A DNA stretch of 64,000 bases from an uncultured Acidobacteriota bacterium (GCA_963777605.1 CAVZRV010000007.1:160001-224000); one strand, 5' to 3'; counted from the first letter of the stretch, positions 41,543 to 52,297 are shown. Notes: generated by a model not told the origin, from the letters alone. Program-made: numbers and translations.

Positions 41543-42121
41543 CGCCGAGAGCCCGGGCCTCGCGAGTTCGAGATCGAGGAGCGAGCGTAGGGGGCGATGC
41601 CGCAGCATCGACGACGAAGAGCGACGAAGAGATCGGCCGCAACCCCCATCGGCCCGTCGGGTTGCGGCGGGACGGGGCCCATCTCGTCGTTGCGGCTCCT
41701 TGACGATGGCTCGCATCGCCATCGTCGCCACGCCTCGATCCGGACTCCGTCGCGCCCGCAACGATTGTCACGCTATTTCGGGATCGGACCACTGGCATGG
41801 CAGGACTCCCAAACTGGATATGGATGTATTTCAGTATATACCCTGCTTGCCTAGAGGTCTTGCCCCATGGCAAAGTTCAGTCCGGGAAACAAACCCTGGG
41901 GGCCTCGCAGCTGCCGGCCGGATGGAGGCAAGATCGGAGACAGGCAACTGATGGAGGACTGGAAGCCGCGGCTGACGCTTTACTCCCGCACTGAATGGGC
42001 GATCGAATCGCGGCTTTCGGTGCCGATTCCGGAAGGCCCCGCAATAACGCTGATTGCAATCCGGCCATAGAGACTGACAAAATCATTAGAACGCACGTGT
42101 CGCAGCGAACCGGAGAGTGGA

Positions 42122-44566
42122 GTGAATCAGAAACATCTGTGTTGCAGACCGATTTGGATCACACTGCTGATCGTGCTGGTGTTGTTGACATCCCAGATCA
42201 TTGCCCAGTCGTCTCCCCCAGAGCAGAAGTCGGACAATGAGCCCTCTGGTCCGCTGGCGGCGACCGAGGTGCCGTTGGCGGCAGATCAGGCCGTTGCCTT
42301 TCTCCGGGATGTGAACCTGAGGAGTGCCCTGCCCTCCGGTGTCAATCGAATCAAATCACAAATCCCCTCAGTCGCCAAACAGGCAAAGAGCCTCGACGAC
42401 TACACAACCAGTCTGCTGTCAACGCGGGCCTCTCTTCGGGAACTGGGCGATCTTCAGCGAAGCTGGGGGAGGTTGGGAGACCAGCTTCGCACTTGGCAGG
42501 AGGCCATTCTCGGCCAGTCGAAGACACTCGACGGCTTCATCACCGAACTCGACAACCGGCGGCAGATCTGGCGTAAAACGCAGCAAGCCTCGGGCTCAGC
42601 CGAGTATCCGGAACCCGTCAAGGAGATGATCCGGGAAACCCTCTCCAACCTCGCGCAAACCCGCGCCAAGGTCATCGACGGGCGGAGAGCACTCCTGCAA
42701 CTTCAGAACTCTGTTCTCGAGATTCGGGCAACCGTCGCAGAAGGCCTGGCTAAGACCGAGAATGCCATCGACGAACAATGGGGCCAGCTCTTTTCCTTTC
42801 AGAGCCCCCCTCTGTGGAGTGTTATTGCCGGAGTAAGGCCGTCACAACTGGTCACCACCATGGGAGGGCAGTTCCGTTCTGACTGGGAAGCACTGACCGG
42901 CTACGTATCTCAGGAAAAGCGGCTGTTCCTGTTCGATTTCCTGTTCCTCGTACTGTCGCTCGCCATACTCACGGTTCTTCGGAGAGAGCTTCGGACGGAA
43001 CTCGAAATCGAAGGGCGGGAGAAGATCACCCACATTCTTGGCCGCCCGGTGGCGTCATCCCTCCTCGTGGTCGCGTTGCTCAGCACATTGCTGCACCCCC
43101 AGGCCCCCAACTCCTGGCTCAAGCTGGTCACTCTTCTCCTCGTGATCGCTCTCCTTCGCCTCCTGCCCGGGCTGCTTCCCCCGAAGCTCGTGCCTATTCT
43201 GTGGGCGTTCCTCGGGCTTCGGCTGCTGGATGTCTTAACCGACTCGTTCCCGGAAACCGCAGAAGTCGGACGGCTGCTCACCTTCTTGACGACAGTTTTC
43301 GCCCTGCTGCTCCTGGGTTGGTTCCGAAACTCGCTCGATTGCTGCCAGGACCGGTTTTGGCAGGTACTGTTCCGGGCCGGCGTGTCGCTGTCGGCCGTGC
43401 TGCTCGGCGTTGCGCTCTTCGCAAATGTTTTCGGAGGGGTTGCACTGGCGGGAGTGTTGTCCAGCGGGGTGCTGCGGATCGTGTTGGTGGCCACGATCCT
43501 GTGGGCAACTCACCTCGTGATCCGGGCGGCGCTGATCGTCCTGCTACAGACCCGCTTTGCTCGCCGTTCCCGCGTCGTCCTTCTCTACAGCGACCTGATC
43601 CAGCGCCGTATTTCCCGCCTCGTCGGCCTGCTGCTGACCGTCTACTGGTTGTTTGCCGGGCTTCGTATCTTTCTTCTGGAAGAAACGATTTCACAGGATT
43701 TCCTGAGCTTCGTCAAGAGCCCCCTGAAGATCGGCGAACTGTCGGTATCTTTGGCCGACGTAGCGATCTTCGTGATTTCCGTCTGGTTCTCATTCGCGCT
43801 GGCCCGCCTGGTCACGTTTCTGCTCGACGAGGACGTCCTGCCCCGGTTATCGCTGCATCGCGGAGTCGGATCAACCGTTTCCCGTCTGACTTACTACGCC
43901 GTCCTCCTGGTAGGTTTCCTGATCGCGCTGCCGGCGGCCGGGCTCGGGCTCGACCGGTTCACTGTGGTTATCGGCGCCTTCGGTGTCGGCATCGGGTTTG
44001 GCCTGCAGAACATCGTTAACAATTTCGTGTCGGGACTCATACTCCTGTTCGAACGCCCGATCCAGGTCGGAGACAAAGTCCAGGTGGGGCAACTGATAGG
44101 CGAGGTCACCAACATCGGAACGCGCGCCAGCACCATTCGGACCTTCGAAGGTTCCGAGGTAATCGTTCCCAACGGGGACCTCATTTCCGAACAGGTGATC
44201 AACTGGACTTTGTCGGATCTCCAGCGCCGGGTCGAAGTCACTGTCGGAGTGGCCTACGGGACTGATCCCGAGAAAGTCCTCAAGCTCCTCCTGGACGTGG
44301 CAGCGGCCCACGAGCACGTTCTGCCGAAACCCGAACCCGTGGCCCTTTTCATGGGATTTGGAGACAGTTCCCTCGACTTTTCCCTCCGAGCCTGGATTGC
44401 CGACTTCGACAAAGGCTTCAAGGTCCGCAGCGACCTCACCGTTGCCATCAACCGGGCCTTAAGCGAGGCAGGCATCGAAATTCCCTTCCCCCAGAGAGAT
44501 CTCCACATGCGTTCAATGAGTCCGGAGGTCGAGAAAGCGATCGACAAGAAGCCGGAGTCAAAATAA
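42122..44566 (+). CDS. large MscS-family mechanosensitive channel (MscK-like)
   Basis: GVGIGFGLQNIVNNFVSGLILLFERPIQVGD, IVPN, NWT, GVAYGTD, IEIPFPQRD; periplasmic coiled coil. Confidence 0.92.
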   Translation: MNQKHLCCRPIWITLLIVLVLLTSQIIAQSSPPEQKSDNEPSGPLAATEVPLAADQAVAFLRDVNLRSALPSGVNRIKSQIPSVAKQAKSLDDYTTSLLSTRASLRELGDLQRSWGRLGDQLRTWQEAILGQSKTLDGFITELDNRRQIWRKTQQASGSAEYPEPVKEMIRETLSNLAQTRAKVIDGRRALLQLQNSVLEIRATVAEGLAKTENAIDEQWGQLFSFQSPPLWSVIAGVRPSQLVTTMGGQFRSDWEALTGYVSQEKRLFLFDFLFLVLSLAILTVLRRELRTELEIEGREKITHILGRPVASSLLVVALLSTLLHPQAPNSWLKLVTLLLVIALLRLLPGLLPPKLVPILWAFLGLRLLDVLTDSFPETAEVGRLLTFLTTVFALLLLGWFRNSLDCCQDRFWQVLFRAGVSLSAVLLGVALFANVFGGVALAGVLSSGVLRIVLVATILWATHLVIRAALIVLLQTRFARRSRVVLLYSDLIQRRISRLVGLLLTVYWLFAGLRIFLLEETISQDFLSFVKSPLKIGELSVSLADVAIFVISVWFSFALARLVTFLLDEDVLPRLSLHRGVGSTVSRLTYYAVLLVGFLIALPAAGLGLDRFTVVIGAFGVGIGFGLQNIVNNFVSGLILLFERPIQVGDKVQVGQLIGEVTNIGTRASTIRTFEGSEVIVPNGDLISEQVINWTLSDLQRRVEVTVGVAYGTDPEKVLKLLLDVAAAHEHVLPKPEPVALFMGFGDSSLDFSLRAWIADFDKGFKVRSDLTVAINRALSEAGIEIPFPQRDLHMRSMSPEVEKAIDKKPESK

Positions 44567-44606
44567 AGCACCAGCGGCTGTCGAGGTGCCCACCGCCAAT
44601 CTATGC

Positions 44607-45290
44607 CTACGGCCCGACTCGAGCTTTCACTTCATCGAGGATCACCCGGGTTGCTGAAGCTCCGACCCTCGTAACCCCGATCTCTCGCACCCGCAGCAGG
44701 CGATCCAGGTCTCTCACCCCACCCGCAGCCTTGACCTGGACTTCCGGGGGGGAATGTCGACGCATCAACTCGAGGTCTTCCAGGGTTGCGCCTCCAGTCC
44801 CGTATCCGGTCGAAGTCTTGACCCAGTCTGCTCCGGCGCCACCACATATCTCGCAGAGGCGGATCTTCTGGCCGTCATCCAGATAGCAGTTCTCAAAAAT
44901 GACTTTGATCTTCTGGCCGCGCTCATGAGTCAGATCGACGAGTTCCCGGATTTCACCCGCGACATAGTCCCAGTCCTCACTGACAACCTTGCTGATGTTC
45001 ACGACCATGTCCAATTCTTCGACTCCGTCGTCGAGCGCCTGAACTGCCTCGGCCACCTTGACGGCTGTAGCATGGCCGCCATGGGGAAAGCCCACCGTAG
45101 TACTTGGCTTGACTGAACTTCCCGAAAGCAGTGCAGCGCAACGTTTCAGGTAATAGGGGAGAATACAGACGCTGGCTACGTCATAGTCCACTGCCAGCCG
45201 GCAGCCGTTCTCGAGCTGCTCGACCGTCAGCGTCGGCTTGAGCAGAGAGTGGTCGATCATCTTCGCAATATCAAGATAGCAGTAACTCAT
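44607..45290 (-). CDS. deoC: deoxyribose-phosphate aldolase
   Basis: IDHSLLKP, TVGFPHG, ELDMVVN, KVIFE, VKTSTG, VKAAGGVR. Confidence 0.9.
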   Translation of the reverse strand: MSYCYLDIAKMIDHSLLKPTLTVEQLENGCRLAVDYDVASVCILPYYLKRCAALLSGSSVKPSTTVGFPHGGHATAVKVAEAVQALDDGVEELDMVVNISKVVSEDWDYVAGEIRELVDLTHERGQKIKVIFENCYLDDGQKIRLCEICGGAGADWVKTSTGYGTGGATLEDLELMRRHSPPEVQVKAAGGVRDLDRLLRVREIGVTRVGASATRVILDEVKARVGP

Positions 45291-46255
45291 CACTCCTCCA
45301 GTTTCCTCATGGCCAGGGCAATTCCGCCCAGTGTTCCGGCCTGTTCACCCAACTTGGAGATGACAACCGGCACGGTGTCGGCGGGAAACATGCGGACTCG
45401 CAGACGTAAGACCTCCCGGATCGGTTCCAGCAGCAGGTCTCCCATCTGGGCGACGCCCCCTCCGAACACGACCCGGTCAGGGTGAAGCGCAGTGACCATA
45501 TTCGCGACTCCGATACCGATGAACTCAGCCGCACGACGAATCTCGATCTGGACGGTCCGCTCTCCCTCTCGGGCCGCCTGCGCCATGGTTTCAGGCGTAA
45601 CCCGGTTCAGATCGCCTCCAACAATCTCGTGCAGGACGGGGGCCAACCCGTTTCGCAACAGGCGCACACCGGCCGCGGCCACGGCCGGGCCACTGGCGAG
45701 AGCCTCCATGCAGCCGCGGTTGCCGCAACCGCAGATCGGACCGTCAGGGATTATCGTCTGGTGTCCCATTTCGGCGGCAGCGCCGAGTGGTCCCAGGCGG
45801 AGTTTACGGTCAATCACGATCCCCCCGCCAATTCCGGTTCCGATCGCAAAGAAGACAAAACTGGCGACCTCCCTTCCATGCCCGTATTCCATCTCTCCGA
45901 GAGTCGCCGTACGAACGTCGTTCAGGAGGTAGACCGGGCAGGCGACCCGTGGAGAGAGGATCGCGCGGACTTCGACACCTCTCCATTGGGTGGGAAGGTT
46001 GGGAAGAAACAGGGTCCGGCCCTGGGCAAGATCCACCAGTCCAGGGACTCCCATCCCCAACGCCGACGGGGGCGTACCCACCTCGGCAGCCAGGCGATTG
46101 ACCAGTTGGGCGATCCGGTCGAGGACCGCCTCGGGACCTTCATGGGAACGGGTTGGAGCGGAATCAGAAACCAGGACCGTCCCGTCGGCCTTCCCGAGAG
46201 CTGCCTTGATGTTCGTCCCGCCCAGATCCACACTGGCAAAAATCGCTTCCGTCAC
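45290..46255 (-). CDS. ROK family sugar kinase
   Basis: DLGGTNIK, NDVR, GTGIGGG, EMGH, CGCGNRGCME. Confidence 0.9.
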   Translation of the reverse strand: MTEAIFASVDLGGTNIKAALGKADGTVLVSDSAPTRSHEGPEAVLDRIAQLVNRLAAEVGTPPSALGMGVPGLVDLAQGRTLFLPNLPTQWRGVEVRAILSPRVACPVYLLNDVRTATLGEMEYGHGREVASFVFFAIGTGIGGGIVIDRKLRLGPLGAAAEMGHQTIIPDGPICGCGNRGCMEALASGPAVAAAGVRLLRNGLAPVLHEIVGGDLNRVTPETMAQAAREGERTVQIEIRRAAEFIGIGVANMVTALHPDRVVFGGGVAQMGDLLLEPIREVLRLRVRMFPADTVPVVISKLGEQAGTLGGIALAMRKLEE

Positions 46256-46643
46256 TCAAATCTCCCCTCCAGTTAGCACTTCGCACTTCGGTTTCGCACT
46301 TCGACCTCGGCATTCGCCTTCGCCGTTCGGGATTCGGACGTTCCAAGTCCCGTTGGATCCGGACGGCTGGAGCACATTTAACGCACCCCGTCACCCCGAG
46401 GGAAGCTGTCGCTTCCCTGACGACGGGCCGGGATTTAAAGCGGAACCTGTCGGTTCCGCACTTCCATCTCCACATCCTTTCTCGACCGCTCGCCTCAATC
46501 CCGAGCCAAACGGAGCCAGTTTCTCCAGTTTATCCAAGTCTCCTCGATTGACCCTTCAAGTCAGCCCCAGCCCCGGCCGCCGCCGGACGATCCCGGGGCC
46601 GCGGCTGCGCCTTAACCCCGGCTCTGTGTCTGTCTCCGGTCTC

Positions 46644-46690
46644 CGGTTAGGTGGCTTCGATCACGGAGACAAGCTGGAAGCATGTCCTAC
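46644..46690 (-). repeat. REP overlapping the stop codon of the BASS transporter gene
   Basis: CGGTTAGGTGGCTTCGATCACGGAGACAAGCTGGAAGCATGTCCTAC. Confidence 0.8.
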
Positions 46691-47847
46691 TCTATTTTCG
46701 AATCAGCCGGGGGGCGTCCCGCCCACCAGGAGGCCAGCATTGCGCCCGACATGTTCATCCAGGGCCCGAAGATCGCCGGAGGGATCGCTGCCAGTTCACT
46801 CTTGAGGACGCCGATCGCCAGCCCGGACGCCATTCCTCCATTCTGCAGGCCAACCTCGATCGAGACCGTCCTGCAGTCCGTTTCATTGAGGCCGATGACG
46901 CGGGCGCCCCAGTAGCCGAGCAAGTAGCCGGTGGAATTGTGAATGATCACCGCCACCATCACGGCGATCACGAAGCCCCCGGCCAGCAGGTCGTCTCGCG
47001 AAAGGGCGGTGATGATCGCAATGATGAAGCAAATCGAGAACATCGAGACGTATGGCAGTCCCTTGAAGATTGCCCGCGAGACTCCTCCCAGCGAGGGATA
47101 GGCCCGGGCTCCGCGAGTCAGGAGCGCATTGACGACAAGTCCGGCGACGATCGGCACGATAATCATGTTCAGGATCGACAGCATCATCGCCACGAACTTG
47201 ACCTCGACATAAGTGCCGGCCAGGAGCTTGGTCATGGCCGGGGTCATGATGGGCGCCATCAGCGTTGAGCAGGAGGTCATTGTCACCGAAAGCGCCACGT
47301 TGCCGTGCGCCAGAAAAGTCATGACGTTGGAGGCAACCCCGCCGGGACAGGCCCCAACCAGCACCATCCCCGCGGCGACTTCGGGGTTGCGGATGAAGAT
47401 CATCGCCAGCGCTTTGCCGACAAAGGGCATCACCGTAAACTGCAGGACCATCCCGATCAGGACGGCTCGAGGCATCAGGAAGACCCTTTTGAAATCGCCC
47501 AGGGTCAGTTGTGTGCCCATCCCGAACATGATGATCTGGATGAGCGGCACGATGAGGTTCTTCAGCTCATAGCCAAACCAGACCAGGAAGGCCTCGGGGT
47601 AAAACATGGCGGCCGCAACAAAGGCCGCCACCCAGGCCGTGAAAGCAAAGGCCGCATAAGTCTTGCTCCCCATGAGATGCACCGCTATAAGCACAAATGC
47701 GCCGATTACCAGGGACGACGCTAGCAGCGGGACATCGAAAAGGGCCGCCACGACACCAAAGGTCAGGGCTGCCAGAGCGGCACCGGGCAAAAGCTGTCGA
47801 ATACGGTTCAATGACGAGGCTGAATCCGGATGGCTGCTGGGAGTCAT
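46687..47847 (-). CDS. bile acid:sodium symporter (BASS) family transporter
   Basis: IMFGMG, QFTVMP, CPGGVASNV, GNVALSV, SIEVGLQNGG. Confidence 0.9.
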   Translation of the reverse strand: MTPSSHPDSASSLNRIRQLLPGAALAALTFGVVAALFDVPLLASSLVIGAFVLIAVHLMGSKTYAAFAFTAWVAAFVAAAMFYPEAFLVWFGYELKNLIVPLIQIIMFGMGTQLTLGDFKRVFLMPRAVLIGMVLQFTVMPFVGKALAMIFIRNPEVAAGMVLVGACPGGVASNVMTFLAHGNVALSVTMTSCSTLMAPIMTPAMTKLLAGTYVEVKFVAMMLSILNMIIVPIVAGLVVNALLTRGARAYPSLGGVSRAIFKGLPYVSMFSICFIIAIITALSRDDLLAGGFVIAVMVAVIIHNSTGYLLGYWGARVIGLNETDCRTVSIEVGLQNGGMASGLAIGVLKSELAAIPPAIFGPWMNMSGAMLASWWAGRPPADSKIE

Positions 47848-48051
47848 GGATCCCCCATTATTGCCGACACCGAAGAGAAAATGAAGGAGAGGGCGAGAGA
47901 ATTGGCGGGCTCTCCCGGAGCAATCGCAGCCACGCCCCGGGTCCGCGGTGCTGTTCAGCCGCGACTGGTGAGAATGGCCTCCAACTTTGTGCCTCGCAAA
48001 GCCCGATGGAAAGCCAGCCGAACTTCGACTTCCGGGATTTGAGTGGTTGTT

Positions 48052-50433
48052 TCACTGCTGCCTCGAGATTCCCCAGAAGTCATCCAGTTGGGCCCCGAGT
48101 TCGTCTGCGCCTGAGACTCGGACCGGTTTCCACTCGCGGGGCAGGAGGCGACGGTAGGGATGGCGCCTGAAGCGCTCGTCGATCAAGAGGACGACTCCCC
48201 GATCCGTTTCAGAGCGAATAACCCGGCCTGCCGCCTGGAGAACACGGTTCATTCCGGGATAGCAGTAGGCGTACTCAAACCCGCGTCTCAGCTTCCCTTC
48301 GTAGTAGTCCCGGATCAGATCCCGTTCCACCGAAATCCCCGGCAGCCCGACTCCAACTACAGCGGCACCGGTCAGTCGGTCCCCCACCAAGTCAATGGCC
48401 TCTCCGAAGATCCCTCCCAGAACGGCAAATCCGACCAGCGTCCGCCCTGAGTCCGTTGTAAAACGATCGAGGAAATCCCTTTCGATCTCCGTCCTTCATA
48501 CCAGGCTCCTGGACGATGACATCAATGTCGTGGGCCTCTACCAGGAATGACTGCAACGCCATGGACAAGATATTCATAGGAGGGGAAGAAGAGCAAGGTA
48601 GTTGCCACTCCGGCGACCGACGAACGCCATCAGACACTGAACGATCGTTTCAAGGGTGTCTTCCCGCTTGCGGTAGAGCGTGGACGCGCGGTCCATCAAG
48701 AGCGCGCAGAAGTTCTCGGGAGGAAAGGGAGAGGGCACCCGGAGCTCTAATGCCGTTTCGGAACAGCCGAGCACTGATCTGAAGTAGTCTGGCGGATCCA
48801 GAGTGGCTGACAGGAAAACCGCACAGCGGGTACGCTTCAAGGACTCTCTCAACCGATTTGAAGGGTCAACACAATAGAGGCTGACCACGAGGTCTGTGCC
48901 TGCGACCTGATAGGTCGTTCGATAGCGCTCATCATAAGCCTCTCCAGTGCGAAGAAAGTGCCCTAGAGCATAGTAGAACCCGGCAACCGATTCACGGATC
49001 GCATCGGAGAGATCAGGACGACCGGCAAGCAGTTGCTCCGCGTCCCGCAGGCACTGCGCGAGAACGGGGAAGAGATCCACCGGCTTCTCCACGGAAGTTG
49101 TGGTGTGGCCTTGTTCTTCGCAGACCTGCCTTCTCCGCAGTAGCCACGAATTGGCACGGTTGAGGGATCGAGACAGATTCCTCGCCAGCCTCTGGACTTG
49201 CCTCCGGACCTCGAGGAGGTTCTCCTTGCTGATCGCCGCCGAGTACATTTCACGGGCCCGGTCCACCAGGTTGTGGGCCTCGTCCACCAGGTAGAGTACC
49301 GATTCCTGGGCATCCAAGTCACCTCGCCGCAGGTAGACCTGGGGATCGAAGACGTAGTTGTAATCGCAGATCACGCAATCCGCAAAAGAAATCAACTCGA
49401 GCGACAACTCGAACGGGCACAACCGGTGACGCTTTGCTACACCCTCGATGACTTCCCTCGACAGGAGCTCCTCCCGGAGCAGGTTCTTGATCCCCTCCTC
49501 CAGGCGATCGTAAAAACCACGGGCAAATTCGCATTCCGCCGCTGAGCAGGCGGCTGGATCACAGAAGCAAACCTTGTCCCGGGCGGTCAACTGAAGGGCT
49601 CGAATCCGGAGTCCCCGGCTCCGGAGATCTTCGAGAGCGCTGAGGGCAACACGCTGTCCCGTACCTCTCGCCGTCAGGAAGAACATCCTGCGGAGATGCC
49701 CTTCACCCATGGCTTTGATCGAGGGAAAGATCGCTGCAACCGTTTTTCCTATTCCTGTGGGGGCCTGAACGAGCAACTGCCCTCCATCACGGACAACCTG
49801 GTACACGGCAACGGCAACTTCTCTTTGTCCGGCTCGAAAGTGAGGAAAGGGAAACTCCAGCGACCGCGCAGAATCGTTTCTCAGCTCAAGCCACTCGAGT
49901 CTCTCCCGGCAGAGACGCAGATAATGGTTGGAGATCGCTTCGAAAAAGGTCCGCAACTCATGAATCTCCCAGGTTCGGCGAGTCGATCGCTCTTCCTGGG
50001 TATCCAGTTGGTAATAGGTCAGTTGGGTTTCGACCCGTTCCAGGTCACGTCCATTCCAGAGAAGGTAGGAATAGATCCTGGCCTGGGCCCAGTGGACGGC
50101 ATTATCGAAGATCCGGTCATCACTCAGGTCGTGGCGGGTGGTCTTGATCTCTTCGACCACCGCCCGGTTCCCATGTTCGAAGACACCATCGGCCCGGCCC
50201 TCGACCTCAAGCCGGAATCCATGGCCTGTAGCCACGCCACTGAGGGGAACTTCCCGGGTGTACTCCGCAGGACGGGATTCCTGGATCTTGCGGTGGGCCC
50301 GCACCGCTTCCGCCGGGTTGGCCAACTCCCAACCACCCGGTTTCAGGTCACCCTGGCGATTCGCACTTTCGGCGAGTTGACGAACCGCGATCCTCAGGGT
50401 TTCCAGTTCAGGCTGTCCTTCCATGTTCATCAA
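48052..50433 (-). CDS. DinG/XPD-family Fe-S helicase with N-terminal PD-(D/E)XK (Cas4-like) nuclease domain; frameshifts at about 48400-48600
   Basis: GRADG..VEEIKTT, HWAQARIY; QAPTGIGKT, Fe-S Cys residues, DEAHN, SAT, QAAGRVIR in the distal fragment. Confidence 0.85.
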
Positions 50434-50481
50434 GGACTGCGAGACGCCGTCCCAGGTTCGTAAAGCAGCGCTTGTGAACCG

Positions 50482-52143
50482 TCAAGGAGAAGTCACGTTG
50501 GTCTTAAGGGTATCCGAGAGAACGAGGTTTTGACGCTTCAAGGTCCGGCCGACCACGCGATCGAGACGATTGTGGCTCTTGATCAGGTCGATGCGGACAC
50601 GGAGCAGCACTGTCTCGGCCTGGAGAAGATCGCGCTGAGCCTCAATCAATTCACGGGTGGTTCCCATCCCGACAGCAAAACGCGATTCTTCTCCCTCCAT
50701 CCGCTCCCGGGCAGCACCCACCGCTGCCGTAGAGGCCTCGATGCTGGCTTCGTTCATCTCGATCTGGGTCAAAATGTCCCGGATTTCAGCACCTGCCGCC
50801 TGATAAGTCGCCGAACGTTGCATCTCCGCCCGATTCAGCTCGATCTGGGCCTGAGCGTTGGAGGCCCGGGCGTCAATGTTGGCGAGCGGGAGCTGAAGGT
50901 TGAGGCCGACGACATACCCGTAGTAGCTCCCCCCAAAGGTCTGGGAAAGGGCATCACCCAGACCGCCAGGGATGATGTTGACGATAGGCGGATCAAAAAA
51001 ACCCTGGGAGTAATCACGGATCACCTGGGTTCCACCGATGCCGAATTGCTGGTAGCCCCCGACAAACTCGAGCGAGGGCTTCAGCCGGTCGCGACTTCGT
51101 TGCAGCTCAATCCTCCGGTTGTCGATCGAGATGGCCGCCTGCTGCAGATCGGGCCGCAACTCGGAAGACTGCATCATCAATTCGTCAAACGGCTCGGGCT
51201 TGTCCGGTTGCTTTTGCTCCGTTTCCGCGGGAATGATCTCTCCCGAGAACTTCCTTGGATCGTCATATCCGGTTACCAACGTGACCAGTTGATCCTGGAC
51301 CCGGCGGGCCGTGTACTGGCTGCGGATCAGTTCCTCCTGGCGGGAGGCGACTTCCGCTTTAACCTGGACAACCTCGAGGCGGGAAGCCGTCCCGACTTCA
51401 AACCTCGCCTGGTTCTGCTCGTAAATAGTCTGGGCAAGATCGTAGGATTTTTGTTTAACGTCGATATCCTTCAGAGCGTAATCGAGGTCCCAGAACTGGT
51501 CCTGGACCTGGGAAACCACCCCGAGGACGAGATCGTAAAACTGCTGGTCGGAAAGATCGACATTGTTCCGCCCGATCTCCAGGTCGTATTCGGCATCGGC
51601 CTTTCCAAATCCTTCCAGGAGGTTTTGCCTGAAGAGGAGTTCGAACTGCGTCTGAATCGTCGGGATCAAAGAGGTGAAAAAGTTCGTGGTGCGGTTTCGA
51701 TTGCCCTTGAAAGTGATCTCGAACTTCGTTCCCGTGTGGAAGAGCTGGCTGAAACCGAGGTTGTAGTCCGTCAGGATGTCGGTGACGCTGTCGCCGCCCT
51801 GGAGAATACTGGCGGCCGGAGTTCTGCTTCGGTCCCAGGAGAAACCGAACGTGCTCAGCGGTTCGTACGGAACACGATCCTTCGCGAGATCCCAGTTGCG
51901 AAGCAACCGGTTGTGTCGCTCAACATTCAAGTTGAGATTGTTCTCCAGCGCGAGTTGGATCGCCTCACGCTCCGTCAGGTGCAGTTTCCCATCGATCCAC
52001 TTGCCGACATCACGGACTATACCGGGCTTGACCCGGGCAACTGGAACATCTTCATAGTACTTCCTGACCAGCCCGGACTGCGCATCAACCGGATTTATGG
52101 CCAAACATCCACCGATACAGAGCATTACGAGGCTTCTCAACAT
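50482..52143 (-). CDS. TolC-family outer membrane efflux protein
   Basis: Signal peptide, AIQLALENN, RFEVGTAS..EV, RPDL, RFAVGMGT..ELIEAQRDL. Confidence 0.85.
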   Translation of the reverse strand: MLRSLVMLCIGGCLAINPVDAQSGLVRKYYEDVPVARVKPGIVRDVGKWIDGKLHLTEREAIQLALENNLNLNVERHNRLLRNWDLAKDRVPYEPLSTFGFSWDRSRTPAASILQGGDSVTDILTDYNLGFSQLFHTGTKFEITFKGNRNRTTNFFTSLIPTIQTQFELLFRQNLLEGFGKADAEYDLEIGRNNVDLSDQQFYDLVLGVVSQVQDQFWDLDYALKDIDVKQKSYDLAQTIYEQNQARFEVGTASRLEVVQVKAEVASRQEELIRSQYTARRVQDQLVTLVTGYDDPRKFSGEIIPAETEQKQPDKPEPFDELMMQSSELRPDLQQAAISIDNRRIELQRSRDRLKPSLEFVGGYQQFGIGGTQVIRDYSQGFFDPPIVNIIPGGLGDALSQTFGGSYYGYVVGLNLQLPLANIDARASNAQAQIELNRAEMQRSATYQAAGAEIRDILTQIEMNEASIEASTAAVGAARERMEGEESRFAVGMGTTRELIEAQRDLLQAETVLLRVRIDLIKSHNRLDRVVGRTLKRQNLVLSDTLKTNVTSP

Positions 52144-52282
52144 GGGGGTCTCTCTCCGAGCATTCGAATGCAGCTTCGCCCAAGTCTCCCGGCGGAAGTA
52201 AACCTGACTGTCTTTCCGAAAGCAACCTTGCGCTCTCGAGGGGCGCCCGACCCGGATACGAAGATTACTGTCCCTCAAACTG

Positions 52283-52297
52283 GCAATCATGTTTCCA
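52283..52297 (-). promoter_or_regulatory. possible sigma54 promoter for the TolC-family gene
   Basis: Minus strand reads TGGAAACATGATTGC (GG-N10-GC). Confidence 0.5.
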
